The translations under genes and the position numbers were made by a program. DNA of 51,660 bases from a virus (taxonomy: Duplodnaviria > Caudoviricetes): the IMG/VR virus record IMGVR_UViG_3300029309_000064, positions 1 through 51,660 of that record. One strand, given 5' to 3'. The notes beneath the pieces are model-generated. The model was given only the letters and a program-made list of their open reading frames with translations. It did no database searches and was not told the DNA's origin. Below are positions 47,039-51,660 of this stretch, one piece after another. Numbering within the stretch: position 1 is the stretch's first letter; every line of letters starts with the position of its first letter.

Positions 47039-50000
47039 CTAGAAAATTTTTGTGTAATTGTCAAGCATACCATTAACTACGGCCCCTAAGAAAGTACCTG
47101 CTGCGCCAGCTAAACCTGCGTCTTTTTGTGCGTCTGAATTTATATTGTTTATAGCAAGTCTAGTTTCTCTCTCTAACGCACTCTCAGAACTACTCCAAGC
47201 GTAATTCATTAAGTCACGCTCTTGTTGCCACAACTCAGCTAAACCTTGCATAGTCATATTGTTAGCCGCCATAACTTCTGCCATGTTAGCCTCGTTAAGC
47301 GCAGCAGTATTAGCTGTAGCTACAGCCTGTCTCCACACAGTATTAGCTTGTGCTATTACCAGTTCGTTCTGTGCGTTAAACAAGTCACGCTGATTGTCTA
47401 GTTCAGCTTGAAACTTAGTCATAGAGTTTTCTTCACCTGCGTTAAACTGCTCCATAGCATTACTTTGTGCTATATTAAACTGATTAACTTGTGTGGATAA
47501 ACTATCGAAGAACTGGTTGACTTGGTTTACACTCTCAGCGTTAAACTGCATCTGTGCATTTTCTGCAGCTTGATCAGAGAACACACTCTGTACTAGTGAC
47601 TGTGCTTCAAACATAACAGCTTGTTGTTCGTTATCTAGGTTAGCCATATCCATCTGCAGGAAAGCTTGTGCTTGTTGTGCTTGTGCTTGTTGTCTGTTGT
47701 TTAAATTAGCCATGTCTACATCAGCAAATGCCGCTACGTCAGCCATAAGCTTTGCTTGTTTGTTTGACAAGTTAGCTAAGTCTACTGTCTGTGCAAGCTG
47801 TGCGTTTTGTAAAGCACGAGATTGTTCTGCAGTAAAGTTCATATTAGCTATCTCAGCTATACGTTCTGCTTTAATTACAGCTACTTGTTGTTTGTTAGAT
47901 AGCTCCTGACCTTTCATGGCTGCTTCTATCTGAGCGTTAGCTAGTGCAGTCTGCTGTCTACTTGAAAGTTCCTCTAATCCAATAGTCAGCTTATTACTCA
48001 TATTAAAGATAGCAGTTTGTTGTTCGTTGTTTAACTCTATCTCTCTTTCAGCTACAGAATTAGCTACATTAAACAAAGCAGTCTGTTGTTTGTTATCTAA
48101 CACACGCCCTTCTATAGCTGCACTAGCTACGGCATCCTGTATGAACGCCTGCTGTTTACGTGTAGCGTCACCCATGTTGGCTTCAAAAGCTTGTGTGCTT
48201 TCTAACACTGCCATCTGTTGTTCGTTAGTTAGGTCTTGACCCATCATGGCAGCTTTAACTTGTAAGTTAGATAGTGCTGTCTGTTGTGCATTAGACAGGT
48301 TAGCCATCTCTACTTCTAAGTTTTGTGTTGAACGTAGTATAGACGTTTGTTGTCTGTTTGTCAAGTTAATATCGTTAACTGCAGCGTAACGTGCAGCATT
48401 AGCTATAGCTACGTTAGCGCTAATACTTAGCTCTTGTCCTTGCAATGACGCTTTAAACTGTGCTGTTGCTAGTACAGCCTCTTGTTCATTTGATAAGTTT
48501 TTAAGTTGCAAGTTGGCATTGTTCATGGAGTTCTGTATGCGTACAGCTTGTTCGTTGGACAAGTTAGATAACTTAAAGTTCTGTGCTGCAGCAGCATTAG
48601 CTAGTGCAACAGCTTGTGCATTACGCACGTTTTCCATATCCATAGCTTGAAAAGTGGCTGCATCAGATTGTGCTATAGGTATTGCACTCTCCATAGCTGC
48701 TTGTATCATAGCCGCACTAGACATAGAACTAGCGCCTAAACCACGCGCATTCATAGCTGCAGTTACCCTACGTAACGCACCAGCCGCCCATGCAGGTGTA
48801 CCATCGTTAAATTGTTCCATCAACTTAGATAGCTGACCTTGTACAGTTGATGCAGCACTAACCTCACCCTTTACAGCCTTAGCTTCTAGCTGTTGTGTAA
48901 ATGTAGCGGTAGCGGCTTTAGCTGTAGCTGCATCGTTTAGTGCATCTAACGTCTTAGCTGTAACAATAATCTCTTCGTTATTTACTATCTCGTTTACATC
49001 TACTAATTCATCTGCGCCTACCGTAGTTTCCTCTGCTTCTATATCAGCTACAAACTCTGACTTCTTTTCTTCTGCTGATGCTATTTCATCAAACTTAGCA
49101 GCATCTTTTACTTTAGATTCTTCTTGTTCTGCTATTTTTGTAGGAGTTAAACTGTAGTCTACCTCTGCAGTTGCTTTAGGTGTTTCTGTTTCAAACTTAG
49201 CAGGGTCTACATCTTTTACATCACCCTCAAACTTAGCTGCCTCAGATTTAGTGTATTCATCAAAAAGTTCAGCATCAGGAAACTCACCCTGATCTATGGA
49301 CATTTTTATCTCAGGTATTTGACGTATCACATCTAGTGTCTTAGCATCTAGATCTAGCTGTGCTAATTCTTCAGGGTCCATAGTTTCAGCTTTCATCAAA
49401 GCTTCATCTGATGGTGTGCCTGTAGCTGCAGCAAAGTCTTCTAATGCAGTCTTAACTTTCTCTTGTGACATGACTGCATCGTATATTTCTGCTGAGTTTT
49501 TCTTAGCATCTTGCTCAATACGTGCTTGTATTGTTTCTATATCTGATGCAGTAGCGTTTGGCGACAGGCCATACTTTTCTTGCTTTTCTTCATCTGAAAG
49601 ACCATCAAGGTACGCTAGTGCAGCCTTAACTGCAGGATCATCTACTTTACCTGAATCTTGTGCTTGCTTAACTAAAAGTGTAGCTGCAGTTGCTACTTGT
49701 CCAGTAACCTCATCAATAAGCTGATCATCTTCTACTTTCAAGCCATACACTGTGGGGTTCTGTAAGATAGAGCTAGGGTTAGTTATAGCTTTACCCAGCG
49801 CTTCTGAAGTGGACGGTATGTCTGTAGTCTCTAACTGCTTTTGTTTAGTTGCCAGATCAGCCTGTGTTTGTGTAACTAAAAGTTCTGCGTCCTCTAAATC
49901 TTTTTTTAGTTGTTCAAAATTTGGATCATCACTAGAAACACCACTCAACGCTTTTTGTGCATCGGTGAGCTTTCCCATAGCGCTACTGTATGTTTCTTGT

Positions 50001-50599
50001 GCAGTGTCTAATTTTTGTGATGCTTCAGTTATTTCTGGTATAGGTGTTCCTTCTTTAAGTACTTGTGAACCTTCAGGTGGATCTGTAGGTGCAGGATCAA
50101 CAGGGTCTACTGGCCTTATAAAATAATCATCTCTTGGATCAGGCTGTCTAGGTTGATTTATAGCAGGTTTAGGACCACCTATCCTAGATACCTCTGTATA
50201 ATTTGCAAGAGCAGGATCGTTAAATCCTGTAATAACACCCCTCTCAATAGTGTAACCTGCATCTTTTAAACGTTGTGTATTTCTTCGCACATTAGTGTCG
50301 CCCATAGGAGTGCCAATAGGAATATTTTTAATATCTAAATTACCTGCTCTTACAGCATTAAGGGCAGACTCAGAACTGTCATAAGATGTTGCACCACCAG
50401 CTTGCATACCCATACCAGATAAAGGTCTGCCCTCTACACGTTGCCTAGCTATATCTGTGTATCTGCCTAGCTGAGAGGCAGCACTAGGGCTAGATGCAAG
50501 AAACGCATCCATGTCATCCTTTTGCGCTGGGCCTGTGTAGCCAAACTCTTTAAGGAGTTGGTGCGTTTGATCGTTAGTAAAACCTTTAAATCTTTTCAT
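47039..50599 (-). CDS. Large Gln/Ala/Asn-rich repetitive virion protein (1186 aa)
   Basis: Many (A/S)NL(S/N)NxQ repeats, GLGASS motif. Confidence 0.6.
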   Translation of the reverse strand: MKRFKGFTNDQTHQLLKEFGYTGPAQKDDMDAFLASSPSAASQLGRYTDIARQRVEGRPLSGMGMQAGGATSYDSSESALNAVRAGNLDIKNIPIGTPMGDTNVRRNTQRLKDAGYTIERGVITGFNDPALANYTEVSRIGGPKPAINQPRQPDPRDDYFIRPVDPVDPAPTDPPEGSQVLKEGTPIPEITEASQKLDTAQETYSSAMGKLTDAQKALSGVSSDDPNFEQLKKDLEDAELLVTQTQADLATKQKQLETTDIPSTSEALGKAITNPSSILQNPTVYGLKVEDDQLIDEVTGQVATAATLLVKQAQDSGKVDDPAVKAALAYLDGLSDEEKQEKYGLSPNATASDIETIQARIEQDAKKNSAEIYDAVMSQEKVKTALEDFAAATGTPSDEALMKAETMDPEELAQLDLDAKTLDVIRQIPEIKMSIDQGEFPDAELFDEYTKSEAAKFEGDVKDVDPAKFETETPKATAEVDYSLTPTKIAEQEESKVKDAAKFDEIASAEEKKSEFVADIEAEETTVGADELVDVNEIVNNEEIIVTAKTLDALNDAATAKAATATFTQQLEAKAVKGEVSAASTVQGQLSKLMEQFNDGTPAWAAGALRRVTAAMNARGLGASSMSSAAMIQAAMESAIPIAQSDAATFQAMDMENVRNAQAVALANAAAAQNFKLSNLSNEQAVRIQNSMNNANLQLKNLSNEQEAVLATAQFKASLQGQELSISANVAIANAARYAAVNDINLTNRQQTSILRSTQNLEVEMANLSNAQQTALSNLQVKAAMMGQDLTNEQQMAVLESTQAFEANMGDATRKQQAFIQDAVASAAIEGRVLDNKQQTALFNVANSVAEREIELNNEQQTAIFNMSNKLTIGLEELSSRQQTALANAQIEAAMKGQELSNKQQVAVIKAERIAEIANMNFTAEQSRALQNAQLAQTVDLANLSNKQAKLMADVAAFADVDMANLNNRQQAQAQQAQAFLQMDMANLDNEQQAVMFEAQSLVQSVFSDQAAENAQMQFNAESVNQVNQFFDSLSTQVNQFNIAQSNAMEQFNAGEENSMTKFQAELDNQRDLFNAQNELVIAQANTVWRQAVATANTAALNEANMAEVMAANNMTMQGLAELWQQERDLMNYAWSSSESALERETRLAINNINSDAQKDAGLAGAAGTFLGAVVNGMLDNYTKIF

Positions 50600-51061
50600 C
50601 TATCTAGTTCCTATCCAAACAAAGCCGAAGATAGCGCCAAGGCCCAAAAGGAATACAGCAATCCCTGTTGCCCACTCGATGATTGCTTGTTTAATTTCCA
50701 TTTGTCTATGTTCATGTTCACGTTTTTGCTTCCTTAAATCCGCTTCAATCGCTAATATCTCCTGCCACTTACTAGGGCCATACATAACGGAGATGTACTC
50801 TTTTAGCTCCTGTCTCATAGATGCGGCTTTCTGCTTTGCAGCAAAGATTTCCATAGCTTGAGCTTGTACACCACCGCCTAATGTTTTATACCATGCAGGT
50901 TTCTGGTTTTGTTTTTCAGCGAAGTCAAGGTCAGCTATAGATCCTGCCCACTTAGACAGTTGACCACCCATGTCTTGTAAGTCCTTCCCGACTGCTATCC
51001 CCTTCTTGAGCATCTGAAATGCTGCAGAAGCGCCAGCCAAGGCCGTTACTGGATCAATCAT
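50600..51061 (-). CDS. Conserved protein with C-terminal TM (153 aa)
   Basis: MIDPVTALA...KKGI.VGKD motif; hydrophobic C-terminus. Confidence 0.65.
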   Translation of the reverse strand: MIDPVTALAGASAAFQMLKKGIAVGKDLQDMGGQLSKWAGSIADLDFAEKQNQKPAWYKTLGGGVQAQAMEIFAAKQKAASMRQELKEYISVMYGPSKWQEILAIEADLRKQKREHEHRQMEIKQAIIEWATGIAVFLLGLGAIFGFVWIGTR

Positions 51062-51294
51062 CTGCGCTCTATGATTCTATCTAGCTTTGCGTCTAGAGCC
51101 TCCAGCCTATCTATTATTCTGTTCATGTCGCTGTTTGCCTCCACCTTAGTCATGTAGTCACGAGCCATCTCCTCTCGCGTCTTATTTAGTAGGACTTGCA
51201 TACGTTGTGTTTCTGTGTGTTGACTACGGATAATCCAGCCTACTATACCAAGTAGGCCAGTTAGTCCAGCACTCCATAGCAACTCCATTTCCAT
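51058..51294 (-). CDS. Small TM plus coiled-coil protein (78 aa)
   Basis: N-terminal TM, LLNKTREE.ARDY.TK motif. Confidence 0.65.
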   Translation of the reverse strand: MEMELLWSAGLTGLLGIVGWIIRSQHTETQRMQVLLNKTREEMARDYMTKVEANSDMNRIIDRLEALDAKLDRIIERR

Positions 51295-51295
51295 C

Positions 51296-51604
51296 CTACC
51301 AAGGAACTCCGCTCATGGTTGGTGGGTTCTTAAGATTATCTATGCCTTTCGCAAGATTTGCTTCGGTTGCATCCTTGTCTACCTGCGCTTGGACCCATGC
51401 AATGCAGTTAGCTTCTGTAACGCTGTCATAAGCAATAAAGTTGCTATCTGATGGGTCAGGAGTGTGGCTTGTCATGCCATATGAGCTTACAATATGCTCA
51501 CCATCAACTGCTGTGCACCGCCAGTGCAAGGTCTGTATGCCTTTGCTACCACTTGCTGTTTCGTATTCAGTTTGATCAATAGTCCATGTGTATTCGATTG
51601 CCAT
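51296..51604 (-). CDS. Tail-fibre-associated small protein (102 aa)
   Basis: YTWTI...HWRC...FIAYDSVTE...W...GVPW; follows the fibre gene. Confidence 0.65.
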   Translation of the reverse strand: MAIEYTWTIDQTEYETASGSKGIQTLHWRCTAVDGEHIVSSYGMTSHTPDPSDSNFIAYDSVTEANCIAWVQAQVDKDATEANLAKGIDNLKNPPTMSGVPW

Positions 51605-51606
51605 TT

Positions 51607-51660
51607 TTATGCTCCTTCTAAGGCTGTAATACGTGCTTCTAATTCTTGGATGGTTTTAAC
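51607..51660 (-). CDS. C-terminal end of a tail fibre (intramolecular-chaperone-type tail)
   Basis: Reads VKTIQELEARITALEGA-stop from the right edge. Confidence 0.7.
   Translation of the reverse strand, partial: VKTIQELEARITALEGA

Noticed and set aside
47400-48660. Tandem DNA repeats or a diversity-generating element in the 1186-aa gene
   Set aside because: Repeats are degenerate protein-level NLSNxQ units; no reverse transcriptase or template/variable repeat pair seen

Overview
Near-complete genome of a marine podovirus of the HMO-2011-like group, probably infecting an alphaproteobacterium (host inferred from the group). The assignment rests on a family A DNA polymerase with an inserted DnaJ-type CxxCxGxG zinc finger, no recognisable phage RNA polymerase, and the gene order. 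The window starts and ends inside what is probably one tail-fibre gene whose middle is missing. The minus strand (1-19.6 kb and 39.2-51.66 kb) carries late genes: small basic proteins, terminases, portal, scaffold, major capsid, tail, internal virion proteins, a GH24-like lysozyme and a holin candidate. The plus strand (20.9-39.2 kb) carries small early ORFs, a tyrosine integrase, an HNH nuclease, primase, thyX, guaC, helicase, polymerase, nucleases, MazG, DoxX and class II RNR. The most unusual signals are non-coding or tiny and point to translation control: (1) a terminator-ended hairpin RNA whose loop is complementary to the ribosome-binding sites of most early genes and the primase start; (2) a CCA-ending tRNA-like RNA whose anticodon loop is replaced by an 11-bp stem with a GNRA tetraloop; (3) a 45-aa ArfA-like ORF; (4) a shared CC/C(U)AC internal-loop RNA motif upstream of the scaffold and capsid genes. 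All RNA structures were paired by eye and protein calls come from recognised motifs, with no searches run.
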